Notes: generated from the sequence alone by a model not told the origin. Shown: positions 1 to 11,183, counted from the first letter of the stretch. The stretch is DNA of 45,237 bases from an uncultured Candidatus Saccharibacteria bacterium (GCA_964501135.1 CAZCRI010000004.1:1-45237); one strand, 5' to 3'. Numbers and translations: made by a program.

Positions 1-1
1 T

Positions 2-77
<76 letters not shown>

Positions 78-126
78 AAAACCTTGAACAATCTGGTTAA
101 TCCCACTCGTAGGGAATGCATTACGA

Positions 127-201
127 GCGAGAGTAGCTTAGCGGTAGAGCGCAACCTTGCCAAGGTTGAGGTCGCGGGTTCGATCCCCGTCTCTCGCTCC
201 A
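127..201 (+). tRNA. tRNA-Gly(GCC)
   Basis: Acceptor GCGAGAG/CTCTCGC, anticodon stem CAACC/GGTTG with TT-GCC-AA loop, GTTCGAT, ends TCCA. Confidence 0.97.
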
Positions 202-214
202 TTATTGTTTATAA

Positions 215-288
215 GGCCTGATGGCGGAGTGGTTACGCAGCGGTCTGCAAAACCGCGTACCCCGGTTCAATTCCGGGTCAGGCCTCCA
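215..288 (+). tRNA. tRNA-Cys(GCA)
   Basis: Acceptor GGCCTGA/TCAGGCC, loop CT-GCA-AA, GTTCAAT, ends TCCA. Confidence 0.97.
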
Positions 289-315
289 ATTAATTATAAT
301 CTTTACCACTAACGT

Positions 316-401
316 GCCCGGGTGGTGGAATGGTATACACGAAGGACTTAAAATCCTTTGGTCTCACGATCTTGCGGGTTCGAGTCCCGCCCCGGGCACC
401 A
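316..401 (+). tRNA. tRNA-Leu(TAA)
   Basis: Acceptor GCCCGGG/CCCGGGC, loop CT-TAA-AA, long variable arm, GTTCGAG, ends ACCA; the Gly-Cys-Leu order is widely conserved. Confidence 0.96.
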
Positions 402-402
402 A

Positions 403-432
403 AGTAAAGACCTCCGCAAGGAGGTCTTTACT
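403..432. terminator. Bidirectional hairpin terminator between the tRNA cluster and the convergent SBP gene
   Basis: Perfect 13-bp stem AGTAAAGACCTCC/GGAGGTCTTTACT with GCAA loop and A/T-rich base. Confidence 0.75.
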
Positions 433-447
433 AATAGTAACTTATTC

Positions 448-2205
448 TTAACTTTTTACGTTTAGATACCACTTATAGACATTGCTAAACGCATCGGTCG
501 GTAACCCTAGCTTTGTTTGGGAGTAGCCCTTTAGTTGTGTCGAAAATGCAGACAGATGTGTCGGTCGATACAAATAGATAACTGGCGCTTGGTCGGAAAT
601 AATCTGCTCAGCCTGCTTTAATCTCTCTGCGATATACTTCTTGTCAGTACTCTTCCGAACCTGCTGCACGAAACGATCCAGTGATTTATCGGTAAAACCG
701 CTGGCGTTCATTCCCGGACTAGCCACCTGGCTCGAATCCCAAAGACTGTACCAGTCGTTTGAATATCCAACATTCTGAGTCACCAGTAATAAATCAAAAT
801 TGCGGGGTTTAATATAATTTGAGCCAATCTTTTCCTCACTGGCCGCAATAAGTTCAAGGTTAACCCCAACCTTCCCAAACTCGGACTTCAGCAGCTTCGC
901 GTCTTCCCTTGACTCGTAAGTATCAGAGTAAACGATTTTTAAAGTGAGTTTTTTACCCTCTTTTGAGCGGATGCCATCTGTACCGAGTGTCCAACCAAGC
1001 TTATCTAGAGCAGCCCTGGTAGCCTCCGGGTTATATTCGACTCCCTTATTCTTTGGGTTATATCCTGGTTGGCCTGGAAGCAACATTCCAACTTGTTTTT
1101 CGCCGTTACCCAACAACACTTTATCAATTATTTCCTGCCTATCAACGGCGCCCACTAGGGCGAGACGCAAATCCTTATCTGCAAGAATCGTATTCTTCAG
1201 GTTAAAATATACCATCTGATACTCTGGCAATAACTTTTTCTCTACTACACTTGCGCCACTAATTTGTGACAGATTTTTGTAGTCACCAGCCGAGATTGTA
1301 AAGACACCATCAATCTGTTTGCGTAGCAGTCCTTGGTAGGCCAGGGCGTCATTTTCATACATCACAATCTTTATCTGATCAAGGTAAGGAGTCGAGATTG
1401 AGAAGTGTTCATTCTTCTTAAAGATTACTTCCTGTTGACTACCCAACTGATCGAAACGAACAAACTTATATGGTCCCGTGCCGACTGGATTATTATTAAA
1501 TTCGGCGATTTTAATATTTTTAGGATCAATTGCACCCAGCAAATGCTCCGGGAGCATTGCCTGGCTCGCAACCGACAAGAACCCTGGATAAGATGTCGGC
1601 AAAGTGAATTTAACCTCAATGTCGCTAACCTTATTCACTTTTACACCCTTCCAGACACTCTCCAGTCCTGTCTTGGTATCAGGGTTTTGTAGTAAACCAA
1701 CTGTGTAAATGATGTCTTCAACCGAAAATTTTACCCCATCGTGCCACTTCACATTATCTCTAATTTTAAAGATATATGTCTTGCCGTCGTCCTTCACTTC
1801 CCACGATTTAGCGATGTCAGGAATTACCTGATTTCCATTTTCTATTCGCGTGAGCCCAGAAAAAACCAACTCACTTGCCGCCCGCTCCGAATCGTTTTGA
1901 ATAAATAGTGGATTGATCTTATTTACCGTACCCACAACCCCCTCAGTATAGATTCCCCCAAAATCAGGCTTCTCTACCACGTAGTATTCACGAAGGGCTG
2001 AAAATCGCTGTACAAAAAGCGCCAAGGTAATAAATGACAAAATAGAACCGAAGAAAACCAGATTCCGAAGGTGGATTATGTCTGGTAGTTTCTTAAGGGA
2101 AGATAAAAAAGAATTACGCACATCCTTGAGATGGGTGTGACGGATATCGATTAGAATTTTTTTCATCAAAAGGCGTAGCCTGATGATGAGACTTCTTACT
2201 TTCAT
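448..2205 (-). CDS. Family 5 (OppA/DppA-type) ABC solute-binding protein, N-terminally membrane anchored
   Basis: 585 aa; TM segment, then [58 protein letters not shown] motifs. Confidence 0.9.
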   Translation of the reverse strand: MKVRSLIIRLRLLMKKILIDIRHTHLKDVRNSFLSSLKKLPDIIHLRNLVFFGSILSFITLALFVQRFSALREYYVVEKPDFGGIYTEGVVGTVNKINPLFIQNDSERAASELVFSGLTRIENGNQVIPDIAKSWEVKDDGKTYIFKIRDNVKWHDGVKFSVEDIIYTVGLLQNPDTKTGLESVWKGVKVNKVSDIEVKFTLPTSYPGFLSVASQAMLPEHLLGAIDPKNIKIAEFNNNPVGTGPYKFVRFDQLGSQQEVIFKKNEHFSISTPYLDQIKIVMYENDALAYQGLLRKQIDGVFTISAGDYKNLSQISGASVVEKKLLPEYQMVYFNLKNTILADKDLRLALVGAVDRQEIIDKVLLGNGEKQVGMLLPGQPGYNPKNKGVEYNPEATRAALDKLGWTLGTDGIRSKEGKKLTLKIVYSDTYESREDAKLLKSEFGKVGVNLELIAASEEKIGSNYIKPRNFDLLLVTQNVGYSNDWYSLWDSSQVASPGMNASGFTDKSLDRFVQQVRKSTDKKYIAERLKQAEQIISDQAPVIYLYRPTHLSAFSTQLKGYSQTKLGLPTDAFSNVYKWYLNVKS

Positions 2206-2421
2206 CTAGACAAAAAGGATTAAGGTTGCCGCAATACACATCACGACGGCTGAGAAAACGGTGAAGAAAACCAAAAATTTTTCGGCTCCCCTTTTGGACA
2301 TATAGGAAACATCCGAACCGCCAAAGACGCCAGATAATCCCGACCCCTTCTGCTGCAGAACAACAGAAGCAACTGTGAGTACCGCGAAAACTAGAACAAT
2401 AATGTTTAATGTGTTTTTCAT
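2206..2421 (-). CDS. secG: Preprotein translocase subunit SecG
   Basis: 71 aa, two TM helices flanking QQKGSGLSGVFGG...KRGAEK. Confidence 0.92.
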   Translation of the reverse strand: MKNTLNIIVLVFAVLTVASVVLQQKGSGLSGVFGGSDVSYMSKRGAEKFLVFFTVFSAVVMCIAATLILFV

Positions 2422-2427
2422 ACAAGG

Positions 2428-2457
2428 ATTTTACCAAAATTGGACTACTTTGTCCAA
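2428..2457 (-). promoter_or_regulatory. Putative sigma70 promoter of secG (leaderless)
   Basis: TTGGAC-18-TAAAAT with TGn extension; ATG follows 6 nt after the -10. Confidence 0.5.
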
Positions 2458-2479
2458 CTACGGGACCTCGGATTAATTA

Positions 2480-3904
2480 TTATAGGTATTCACGGAGGCT
2501 CTTTAAGACCTTTGCGCTAATTAGTTGTATCAACTCTGAGTCGTCGACGGCCTTAATCTTTTCAACAGATCCATATTTCTGAATTAATATCTTTTTTGTT
2601 TTTGGACCTATCCCTGGCACATTATCAAGTCGAGAGCTCGTCAAGTCCTTGGACCGCAAATTACGATGATAAGTGATGGCAAAGCGGTGTGCTTCATCTC
2701 GAATACGCTGTACCAGAAAATACGCTTCCGAATTTATCTCTAAATTTACAATCTGGAAAGTTCCGTCGGGGTTCATTAGCACTAGTTCTTCCAAACGTTT
2801 TGCGAGACCAACAAACTTGGTTCCAAGTCCCAGAGGCTTCACGATTTCTAAAACTGAGGAAAGTTGCCCCTTACCTCCATCGATAATCACCAGATCTGGC
2901 TCCTCGGCAAAAGAGCCCTTACTTTCCTGTCCAAGCTGCTTGAAGCGCCGCTTCTGAACTTCTTGATGCATAGCAAAGTCATCAATTCTCTTTACCGTTT
3001 TGATCTCGAAACGACGGTAATCACCCTTATCTGGGACTCCGTCTTTAAAGACCACCATAGAGCCCACTGCTGCCTTTCCAAAAATATTTGAAATATCGTA
3101 ACATTCTATGCGATGCGGTACATCTGCCATACCCAAAACATCACGTAACGTAGTAAGCGCTTTATCGAGGCGAACTTCTCTTTTATCTTCTATCACATGT
3201 TGAAAACGCATTTTCTCAAGAGCTGCAATTCGATCCCTAAACTCTGCAGCTTGTTCAAATTTTTTGTTCAAGGAATAAGTCTTCATCTTACGCTTCAGGT
3301 CGGTAAGAACAGCTTCCCTCTTCCCCTTCAAAAAGTCAACGAGTCCCCTAATATTCGCCTGATAATCGTTTTTTGAAATATATTTACTGCCATGGCCATG
3401 ACAAAGATTCAGATGATAATAAAGGCAAGTAGCATCAGGATTCAGGGTGCAAGTACAGAAAGGAAATGCCTTGCGAAGTACTTTAAGGCTAGTTCGTACG
3501 GCATTAGCGTCGATATACGGCCCCAAATAATCGGCCTTGTCATCCACAACTTGCCTCACAACATATATTCGAGGGTAGTCTTCCTTCGTTATTTTGATGT
3601 AGCAATAATTCTTATCGTCTTTCCAATCTATATTGTAGTGAGGTTTATACCGCTTAATCAGCTCTGCCTCGAGGAGTAAGGCTTCGATCTCTGAGCCTAC
3701 TACAATCCACTCGAGATTAGCAATGTTTTTAACTAATTCAACTGTTTTAGGATCGTGGTCACCACGGAAATATGAAGAAACTCTATTCTTTAAGTTTATC
3801 GCCTTACCAACGTAAATAATGCGCCCTTTAGTATTACGATAAATGTATACCCCAGGATCTTTTGGCAGGTCTTTTAGTTTTTCTTGAACAATTTTTGTAG
3901 TCAT
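2480..3904 (-). CDS. uvrC: Excinuclease ABC subunit C (compact form)
   Basis: GIY-YIG N-terminus (PGVYIY..IIYVGKAINLKNRVSSYF), UVR helix, RIECYDISN, DLVIIDGGKGQL, RIRDEAHRFA, HhH GIGPK. Confidence 0.96.
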   Translation of the reverse strand: MTTKIVQEKLKDLPKDPGVYIYRNTKGRIIYVGKAINLKNRVSSYFRGDHDPKTVELVKNIANLEWIVVGSEIEALLLEAELIKRYKPHYNIDWKDDKNYCYIKITKEDYPRIYVVRQVVDDKADYLGPYIDANAVRTSLKVLRKAFPFCTCTLNPDATCLYYHLNLCHGHGSKYISKNDYQANIRGLVDFLKGKREAVLTDLKRKMKTYSLNKKFEQAAEFRDRIAALEKMRFQHVIEDKREVRLDKALTTLRDVLGMADVPHRIECYDISNIFGKAAVGSMVVFKDGVPDKGDYRRFEIKTVKRIDDFAMHQEVQKRRFKQLGQESKGSFAEEPDLVIIDGGKGQLSSVLEIVKPLGLGTKFVGLAKRLEELVLMNPDGTFQIVNLEINSEAYFLVQRIRDEAHRFAITYHRNLRSKDLTSSRLDNVPGIGPKTKKILIQKYGSVEKIKAVDDSELIQLISAKVLKSLREYL

Positions 3905-3915
3905 TTTGACTTTCT

Positions 3916-3941
3916 CTGGCGGCGCCTTTCGGCGCCGCCAG
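3916..3941. repeat. GC-rich perfect hairpin (GGCGCC type, copy A)
   Basis: CTGGCGGCGCC-TTTC-GGCGCCGCCAG; no U-tract on either side. Confidence 0.7.
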
Positions 3942-3953
3942 CTAGATAGCGAG

Positions 3954-4223
3954 CTACACCAGCTTGAGGGAGATTTCCATCTCGATCAGTTCGATTCTCT
4001 TCCGGGCCACTGCCACCGCTTTTGCAGCAACTACTACCCTAGCTATGTGACCCGCTGGAAGAACCTTCACTACCTCAGAACCAAATTCGTTGACTAGGTC
4101 CGTGAAGTTATCGAGGTAAAAGAACTCCTCGATATGAATCAACGTTTCGAGATACGATGCCTCCGCCCTAAGTTGGCCTATACTCATTTGTGAATACTCG
4201 GACGGTTCTGCGAATACTGCCAC
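3954..4223 (-). CDS. Hypothetical protein (89 aa orphan) between uvrA and uvrC
   Basis: GTG start preceded by GGGAGG; fills the gap; no family recognised. Confidence 0.6.
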   Translation of the reverse strand: MAVFAEPSEYSQMSIGQLRAEASYLETLIHIEEFFYLDNFTDLVNEFGSEVVKVLPAGHIARVVVAAKAVAVARKRIELIEMEISLKLV

Positions 4224-4292
4224 GACTGCCTCCCGTATTTATGGGTGACATGCTACGACTATTGCTCCTTTCCCGAGTATGGGTTCTATTGT

Positions 4293-7103
4293 CTATGTAA
4301 GGACCTTGGCGAGGAATTGACCAGTGAAAGAACGTGGGTTCTTTGCAACCTGTTCTGGGGTACCAACGGCGACAATCTCACCGCCAGCATTCCCACCCTC
4401 AGGGCCAAGATCGACAATCCAATCTGCACACTTGATGACTTCTAGGTTGTGCTCAATCACTAGGACAGTATTTCCAGTATCTACTAGTTGATTCAAAACT
4501 ACCATTAGTCTACTAACGTCATCAAAGTGTAATCCTGTAGTCGGTTCATCTAGAATATACAGTGTTTTGCCGGTAGCCCGTCTGGCAAGCTCAGAAGCAA
4601 GCTTCACGCGCTGCGCTTCACCTCCAGAGAGAGTGGTTGCCGGCTGCCCCAAACGAATATATCCAAGACCTACCTCTACAAGCGTCTCTAGCTTACGCTT
4701 GATTTGAGGGATATTCTGAAAGAAATCAAAAGCCTCAGCTACTGTCATGTCGAGAACGTCGGAAATATTCTTGCCTTTGTAGTGTATCTCTAGGGCTTCT
4801 TTGTTGTATCTCTTGCCGCCACACTCTTCGCAGGTTACATAAACGTCAGGTAGGAAGTGCATCTCTATCTTCAGGATTCCTTCGCCTCGGCAAGCTTCAC
4901 AGCGACCACCCTTTACGTTAAAACTAAATCGTCCCTGCTTATAACCACGAATACGAGCCTCGGGAGTCCCTGCAAAAAGGTCTCGAATATCAGTGAACAC
5001 ACCTGTGTATGTCGCTGGGTTGGAGCGTGGAGTGCGTCCAATCGGAGATTGATCAATATCGATTACCTTGTCGAGATGCTTGAGACCCATAATTTCCATG
5101 TGCTTTCCAGCTGGTTGCTGAGCATGATGGAAAACCTGAGAAAGCTTTCTTGCCAGGATATCATTTATTAAACTCGACTTGCCTGAACCAGAAACACCCG
5201 TTACTAAAACTAGCTTCCCAAGTGGTAAAGAAACAGTCACATTCTTCAGGTTGTTTTCGGCCCCACCAACCACGGTAATCTCCTTACCATTCCCCTTGCG
5301 TCGCTTCTGTGGCACCGCAATGGTTTTTGCGCCCGAAAGATACTGTCCGGTTATTGAGTTTTTGTCCTTCTTGATTTGTTCTGGTGTGCCTTCGGCAATA
5401 ATATTGCCGCCGTGCTCCCCGGCTCCAGGACCAACATCAATAATCCAATCTGCTTCGTTCATGGTATCTTCGTCATGTTCGACAACAATCACCGAATTTC
5501 CAAGCTCACGAAGCTTTTTTAGGGTTTCTATCAGACGATAATTATCTCTTTGATGTAGACCGATTGATGGTTCGTCGAGGATATAAATTACTCCCATGAG
5601 AGAAGACCCTATCTGGGTTGCCAAACGAATACGTTGAGCTTCACCACCAGAAAGAGTATTAGCTGAACGATCAAGAGTAAGGTAGCTAAGGCCAACATTG
5701 AGCAAAAACCCGAGTCTTTCCTCGATTTCCTTGCGAATCTGTTTTGCTACAACTTTATCCCGCTCGTTTAGATGAATCGACTTAAAGAACTCCAAGGTTT
5801 CATTGATTGGCATTGTAGTAACGTCAAAAATCGACTTATTATCGACGGTCACAGCCAAGACTTCCGGCTTAAGGCGTTTTCCGCCACACTTTGGACACAC
5901 CGTGAGTGCCATGTATTTCTCGATTTCTTTCCGGACATAATCAGAATCAGTCTCATGATAACGGCGTTCTAGATTTGCGATTACACCTTCGTAAGTCGCT
6001 TCATAGGTACGAGTTCCCATCCGAACGGTAAATGATTCGTCTCCTGTGCCATACATCACAATATCAATCGCCTTCTGCGAGAGGCTCTCTACCGGCTGAT
6101 TCACATCAAAACCATACTTCGCCCCTACGGCCTCCAAAAGCTTCGTATACCAGCTCATGCGTGCTGTAGTACGACTCCATGGACGGATAGCTCCCTCAGC
6201 AAGAGTAAACTTCTGATTTGGCATCACGAGCAACGGATCAATTTCTAGCTTGGTCCCAAGACCAGTACAGACTGGGCAAGCCCCGTGTGGACTATTGAAG
6301 GAAAAACTGCGCGGTGAAATCTCCGGCAAACTGATGTGGCAGTTCGGGCAAGCGAAATTCTGCGAAAAGACTTGTTCGTCACCTGTATCACTATTTAGGA
6401 AAACCATTACGCCCTCGCCAAGATTCAGGGCGTTTTCAACTGATTCGGTTAGGCGCTTTTGAATTTCTGGGTCAACGATAAGTCGATCCACGACTGCTTC
6501 TAGAGTATGTTTTTTGTTTTTATCTAAGGAGTGCTCTTCGTCAATATCATAGATCTTACCGTCTACACGAACTCTTGCGTACCCAGCCTTCTTTAAGCCT
6601 TCAAAAACATACTTATGGACGCCTTTTTTATCATTAATAATCGGCGCCAAGATCATAAAACGAGTGTCTTTGGGCATTTCTAGAATCTGCTCTACAATTT
6701 GCGGAATCGTCTGCTTGGCAATGGTCTGCCCACAAACTGGACAATGAGGTACGCCAACACGCGCAAAAAGTAAACGAAGATAGTCATAAACCTCAGTTAC
6801 AGTCCCTACGGTCGAGCGCGGATTGCGGGTGGTTGATTTTTGATCAATAGAAATAGCTGGCGACAGTCCCTCTATCTGATCGACATCTGGCTTCTCCATC
6901 AGACCCAAGAACTGCCTTGCATAGCTGCTCAGGCTTTCTACGTAGCGACGCTGCCCCTCGGCATAGATGGTATCAAAAGCGAGTGATGATTTTCCCGAAC
7001 CAGAAAGACCCGTAATAACGACTAGTTTATCTCTAGGTATCGTGACATCAATATTCTTTAAATTGTGCTCTCTGGCACCGCGAATTACGATATTATCGTG
7101 CAT
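4293..7103 (-). CDS. uvrA: Excinuclease ABC subunit A
   Basis: Two ABC ATPase cassettes ([26 protein letters not shown] twice, LDEP twice), CxxC zinc modules; start taken at ATG 7103. Confidence 0.98.
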   Translation of the reverse strand: MHDNIVIRGAREHNLKNIDVTIPRDKLVVITGLSGSGKSSLAFDTIYAEGQRRYVESLSSYARQFLGLMEKPDVDQIEGLSPAISIDQKSTTRNPRSTVGTVTEVYDYLRLLFARVGVPHCPVCGQTIAKQTIPQIVEQILEMPKDTRFMILAPIINDKKGVHKYVFEGLKKAGYARVRVDGKIYDIDEEHSLDKNKKHTLEAVVDRLIVDPEIQKRLTESVENALNLGEGVMVFLNSDTGDEQVFSQNFACPNCHISLPEISPRSFSFNSPHGACPVCTGLGTKLEIDPLLVMPNQKFTLAEGAIRPWSRTTARMSWYTKLLEAVGAKYGFDVNQPVESLSQKAIDIVMYGTGDESFTVRMGTRTYEATYEGVIANLERRYHETDSDYVRKEIEKYMALTVCPKCGGKRLKPEVLAVTVDNKSIFDVTTMPINETLEFFKSIHLNERDKVVAKQIRKEIEERLGFLLNVGLSYLTLDRSANTLSGGEAQRIRLATQIGSSLMGVIYILDEPSIGLHQRDNYRLIETLKKLRELGNSVIVVEHDEDTMNEADWIIDVGPGAGEHGGNIIAEGTPEQIKKDKNSITGQYLSGAKTIAVPQKRRKGNGKEITVVGGAENNLKNVTVSLPLGKLVLVTGVSGSGKSSLINDILARKLSQVFHHAQQPAGKHMEIMGLKHLDKVIDIDQSPIGRTPRSNPATYTGVFTDIRDLFAGTPEARIRGYKQGRFSFNVKGGRCEACRGEGILKIEMHFLPDVYVTCEECGGKRYNKEALEIHYKGKNISDVLDMTVAEAFDFFQNIPQIKRKLETLVEVGLGYIRLGQPATTLSGGEAQRVKLASELARRATGKTLYILDEPTTGLHFDDVSRLMVVLNQLVDTGNTVLVIEHNLEVIKCADWIVDLGPEGGNAGGEIVAVGTPEQVAKNPRSFTGQFLAKVLT

Positions 7104-7143
7104 AATCACCCCTCATCCCAAAATTAGCGCTGAAATCTTCCCA

Positions 7144-7172
7144 ATTCTACCGCTAATGTCAAGATTTTTCAA
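7144..7172 (-). promoter_or_regulatory. Putative sigma70 promoter of uvrA
   Basis: TTGAAA-17-TAGAAT. Confidence 0.5.
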
Positions 7173-7190
7173 GGGTTTTCACCGGCTGCT

Positions 7191-9260
7191 TTAGAGACTT
7201 TTAATCCGTTTATTGACCTTATTCTGATCTTTTCTTTGCTGTATGGAGGCAATCTGGTCACGAAGCTCTGCGGCTCGCTCAAATTCGAGATTCTTTGCTG
7301 CCAGATCCATCTTGCGCTCGAGGTCCTTTACCAAGCGACCCAGATCTTCTGCGGGAATCTTGGTAATATCAAATTCCGGCTCCATTTTTTCTTCGTGTTT
7401 TGCATGGACAATATCGTTTATCGCCTTCTGGATGCTCTGCGGAGTAATGTGATGTTCTTCGTTGTAAGCAACCTGAATCTTTCGACGACGTTCAGTTTCT
7501 GCAATCGCTCTCTCCATCGAACCGGTAATCTTGTCGGCATACATAATCACCCGCCCATCTTGATGCCTAGCCGCTCGTCCGATGGTCTGAATCAGAGCCT
7601 GCTCACCGCGAAGGAAGCCTTCTTTGTCAGCATCCAAGATTGCCACCAGTGAAACCTCTGGCAGGTCGATCCCTTCACGAAGAAGGTTGATGCCTACGAT
7701 AACGTCATAAACTCCCAAACGAAGGTCGCGTAGTATCTCCGGTCTTTCTAAGGTATGAATATCGCTGTGCAAGTATTTCACCTTGATTCCCATCTCGGCG
7801 AGATACTGAGAAAGCTCCTCGGACATTCGTTTGGTCAGTGTTGTAATAATTACCCGTTGCTTCTTTTCGGTTGCTTTACGAATCTCGGCAATCAAATCGT
7901 CAATTTGCCCTTCTATTGGCCGTACTTCAATTGTGGGGTCGATCAGTCCTGTAGGCCGAATCACCTGTTCGGCAATCCCTTCGTATTCGATGCCCTTGCG
8001 TCGATTCTCGTAGAATTCGGCACTTGTAGAAACCTTCCCTGCGGTACTCGAACGCAGCTCATACTCGGCTGGGGTTGCTGAGACGTAAATCGCCTGCTTG
8101 ATGTGTTTCTCGAACTCAGGAAACTTCATCGGCCTATTATCTAGCGCGCTAGGCAAACGGAAACCAAACTCTACCAAGTTTTCTTTACGGGCGCGATCGC
8201 CATTATACATTCCTCTAATCTGAGGTACGGTCATGTGTGATTCGTCAATTAGGAGGAGAAAATCCTCCGGGAAATAATCGATGAGAGTGGCCGGTTCGCT
8301 TCCTTCCTCTCGGTTTGAAAGAAAGCGAGAGTAATTCTCAATCCCAGAGCAATACCCGAGTTCATTTAACATCTCCAGGTCATAATTTGTACGCTGGGCA
8401 ATTCTTTCTGCTTCTAGCAATTTCCCCTGAGATTCGAATTCCTTTACTCTCATTTCGAGTTCATTCTGAATCTTCTTTGAAGCCTCGTTAATCCTATCTT
8501 TTGTAGTCACGAAATGCTTTGCAGGATAGATCGTAATATGGTCAAAGGAGTTTAGTATTTCCCCCGTAAGAGAATTAATCAAACGAATTTTCTCAACCAT
8601 GTTGCCAAAAAATTCTATTCGGTAGGCAAACTCTTCATAAGAGGGTAAGATATCCAAAATATCGCCTCTCACGCGGAAGTTACCACGCTCCAAGCTCTTA
8701 TCATTGCGCTCATATTGAACATCACTAAGCAGACGAAGTAAACGATCCCGGCTTCGCTCTTCGCCAACCTTGATCTCAACCGCTAGATTCTGATACTCCT
8801 CTGGGTTTCCGAGACCATAGATACAGGAGACAGAGGCAATAATCAGCGTGTCTGTTCGTGATAATAGTGCACTAGTCGCAGCATTACGTAGCCTATCAAT
8901 TTCCTCATTGATATCAGCATCCTTTTCGATATAGGTATCGGTACGTGGTATATAGGCCTCAGGCTGATAATAATCATAATATGAAACAAAATAATGAACC
9001 GCATTTTCAGGGAAAAATTCCTTGAATTCAGCATAAAGTTGCGCCGCTAAAGTTTTATTATGAGAAATGATTAGGGTCGGTTTCTGTACGTGCTCAATAA
9101 TTTTCGCCATACTAAAAGTCTTACCGGAGCCCGTTACCCCGAGTAGCGTTTGATGTTTTATCCCCGCATCAAGACCCGCCGATAGCTTTGCTATCGCGGT
9201 AGGCTGATCTCCTTGCGGCGAATATTTTGATTTTAAAACAAATTTATTTTCTTCCATCAT
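7191..9260 (-). CDS. uvrB: Excinuclease ABC subunit B
   Basis: [23 protein letters not shown] beta-hairpin, [25 protein letters not shown]-terminal UVR domain. Confidence 0.98.
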   Translation of the reverse strand: MMEENKFVLKSKYSPQGDQPTAIAKLSAGLDAGIKHQTLLGVTGSGKTFSMAKIIEHVQKPTLIISHNKTLAAQLYAEFKEFFPENAVHYFVSYYDYYQPEAYIPRTDTYIEKDADINEEIDRLRNAATSALLSRTDTLIIASVSCIYGLGNPEEYQNLAVEIKVGEERSRDRLLRLLSDVQYERNDKSLERGNFRVRGDILDILPSYEEFAYRIEFFGNMVEKIRLINSLTGEILNSFDHITIYPAKHFVTTKDRINEASKKIQNELEMRVKEFESQGKLLEAERIAQRTNYDLEMLNELGYCSGIENYSRFLSNREEGSEPATLIDYFPEDFLLLIDESHMTVPQIRGMYNGDRARKENLVEFGFRLPSALDNRPMKFPEFEKHIKQAIYVSATPAEYELRSSTAGKVSTSAEFYENRRKGIEYEGIAEQVIRPTGLIDPTIEVRPIEGQIDDLIAEIRKATEKKQRVIITTLTKRMSEELSQYLAEMGIKVKYLHSDIHTLERPEILRDLRLGVYDVIVGINLLREGIDLPEVSLVAILDADKEGFLRGEQALIQTIGRAARHQDGRVIMYADKITGSMERAIAETERRRKIQVAYNEEHHITPQSIQKAINDIVHAKHEEKMEPEFDITKIPAEDLGRLVKDLERKMDLAAKNLEFERAAELRDQIASIQQRKDQNKVNKRIKSL

Positions 9261-9269
9261 GCCCTAACT

Positions 9270-9297
9270 AAAAAAGGAGGTGTTACCCTCCTATTTT
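9270..9297 (-). terminator. Putative intrinsic terminator just upstream of uvrB
   Basis: On the - strand AGGAGG-GTAACA-CCTCCT followed by TTTTT; an extended -10 (TGTTAAAAT) abuts it. Confidence 0.55.
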
Positions 9298-9311
9298 AAC
9301 ACGTTTATAAC

Positions 9312-9575
9312 TTATTGCTTTGTGGTGGCAGTGCTGCCAATTGCGACATTATTCTTACTCAATGTTTCCTGGGTTTTTACCGCTGTCTTTAACTGAATGA
9401 GCTGTTCTTCAAGAGAAGTAATGTGAGCATCTGTAGTCTTTGATACGCTACTCTGCTCGAGGTTAACAAAAACCCACATTGACGCAGAAACGACAGCCGA
9501 GGTGACAACCAGCAAGACGGCAACGGTTACAATCTTACCAAAACTAAAATTATCTTTTGAGAATATCTTCTTCAT
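9312..9575 (-). CDS. Hypothetical single-pass membrane protein with short coiled coil
   Basis: 87 aa, hydrophobic residues ~15-37, ATG 3 nt after the upstream stop. Confidence 0.7.
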   Translation of the reverse strand: MKKIFSKDNFSFGKIVTVAVLLVVTSAVVSASMWVFVNLEQSSVSKTTDAHITSLEEQLIQLKTAVKTQETLSKNNVAIGSTATTKQ

Positions 9576-9578
9576 CTA

Positions 9579-10217
9579 TTACTTACTGATTTTAAATGAT
9601 TTTACAATAGTTACTAAGTTCTTCTGGTACTTATCATTGTCATCAGTCCCAATGTACAAGGTTTTATCACGGAGAGGCAATAATACAAATGAAATGTTCT
9701 TTTTGCTCTCGGTATCTAGCCCTGTAAATTTTCGGCCTTTGACCCCACTAACAACAGTATCTTCCTCCTTGAAAGGATTTGATGACCTAAGAGTATACTT
9801 GGAATGCATATCTTTAATCACGCTCTCGGAACTAGCCTTGTAAACCTGAACTCTCATGGCAGTATACGGTCCACCCTGATCCTTATCATCTACAATTAGA
9901 TTTGGATCGGCCAAAAATACTAATTCTTCGGTAGCACCCTTTGCTTGCCCTACATTTGTGGACCACACTTTCGGATAACTAAAACTAAAAGAACCAAAGA
10001 TATCGTCTGCAGTATAGGTTGAAAGCACCGTTTCGCGCTCTGCCTGAAAGTCGGCCTTGAGCTGCTGTTCCTGCTTTGTTAGGTTTGATTTGATTTCAGC
10101 CAACTTTACTGTACCGGCTTCTGATAGTCTAACGCCAAACAACACTAGCAAGCCAAGAGAAACTAATAAAAGTCCTCCTAATACAATGGCTATAATCGAA
10201 ATGGTTCGCTGATTCAA
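9579..10217 (-). CDS. Hypothetical exported/anchored protein, possibly PsbP/Mog1-like fold
   Basis: N-terminal TM helix; FSFSYPKVWS motif and alternating beta pattern typical of PsbP-like domains. Confidence 0.6.
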   Translation of the reverse strand: MNQRTISIIAIVLGGLLLVSLGLLVLFGVRLSEAGTVKLAEIKSNLTKQEQQLKADFQAERETVLSTYTADDIFGSFSFSYPKVWSTNVGQAKGATEELVFLADPNLIVDDKDQGGPYTAMRVQVYKASSESVIKDMHSKYTLRSSNPFKEEDTVVSGVKGRKFTGLDTESKKNISFVLLPLRDKTLYIGTDDNDKYQKNLVTIVKSFKISK

Positions 10218-10219
10218 CG

Positions 10220-10411
10220 CTATTCCTTGTCAGTTACGCTGATGGCCTGCACTGGGCAATTTAGTGCTACCTCTTCGAGATCGCAATCACAAGTTGCACC
10301 CTCAATTACAATTGATTTGCCATCTTCGTTGAGTTCAAAATACTCAGGACAAGCGCTTACGCAAGCCCCACACCCTATACAAAGATCATCATCAACATTT
10401 ACTTTAGACAT
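10220..10411 (-). CDS. Monocluster ferredoxin
   Basis: CIGCGAC...CPVQAI cluster motif; ATG 10411 with GGAGGA SD. Confidence 0.92.
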   Translation of the reverse strand: MSKVNVDDDLCIGCGACVSACPEYFELNEDGKSIVIEGATCDCDLEEVALNCPVQAISVTDKE

Positions 10412-10476
10412 ATAGTCCTCCATTCAACTCTTTATTACTTATAAAGTATAACAAAAATACCCTGGTAACACCAAAC

Positions 10477-11139
10477 CTATTTATCGCTTTTGATTTTTGA
10501 CTGAGCATTTCGCCAATTCTCGATTTCCGCATGGTTCCCTGATTTTAAAACTGGTGGAATTGCCTGTCCATTCCATTCTTCTGGCCGAGTATAATGTGGA
10601 TACTCAATTCGGCCCTCGGTGGCATGAGTCTCGTCCTGATGAGACGCTTCGCTACCCAAAACTCCAGGCAACAGCCGTGAAATTCCATCAATTAGCATCA
10701 TTGCTGGCAATTCTCCTCCAGTCAGAACAAAATCTCCAATCGAGATTTCCTCGTCTACCATAGATCGAATTCTCTCATCAAACCCCTCATAATGTCCGCA
10801 AAGAATAATGTAATCGCAAGATGAATCCGCCATCTCTCGGAGCTTGGGCTGTGTTAGTCTCGAACCCTGTGGGGTCATAAGCAGTACTTTATGGTTTTCC
10901 TTTTGCACCTTGTCTCTTGCTGTCTGCAAGGCTGCTGCCATCACATCCACCCGAAGAACCATTCCTGCGCCACCGCCATACGGAGTGTCATCGACCTGTT
11001 TTCTAGGACCGACGCCAAAATCGCGCAAATTTACAAACTCAAATTCGACAAGACCCTTCTCTTTGGCCCGGCCCAAAATACTTCCTCCAACGATCTCGGA
11101 GAACATTTCTGGAAACAAAGTAATTACTACAAATTTCAT
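10477..11139 (-). CDS. trmD: tRNA (guanine37-N1)-methyltransferase
   Basis: VDDTPYGGGAGMVL, CGHYEGFDER, SIGDFVLTGGE, YPHYTRP. Confidence 0.98.
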   Translation of the reverse strand: MKFVVITLFPEMFSEIVGGSILGRAKEKGLVEFEFVNLRDFGVGPRKQVDDTPYGGGAGMVLRVDVMAAALQTARDKVQKENHKVLLMTPQGSRLTQPKLREMADSSCDYIILCGHYEGFDERIRSMVDEEISIGDFVLTGGELPAMMLIDGISRLLPGVLGSEASHQDETHATEGRIEYPHYTRPEEWNGQAIPPVLKSGNHAEIENWRNAQSKIKSDK

Positions 11140-11150
11140 CTCTACCTCTT

Positions 11151-11183
11151 AACAAAACGGAACCAGGAAAACGTTCTGGCTCC
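11151..11183 (-). terminator. Putative intrinsic terminator after the KH gene
   Basis: GGAGCCAG...CTGGTTCC stem followed by GTTTTGTT on the - strand. Confidence 0.5.

Noticed and set aside
221-451. 76-aa + strand ORF
   Set aside because: It reads through tRNA-Cys, tRNA-Leu and the terminator, so it is a shadow of the RNA genes.
7110-9311. LexA/SOS boxes upstream of the uvr genes
   Set aside because: No CTGT-N8-ACAG or GAAC-N4-GTTC match was found in the intergenic sequences.
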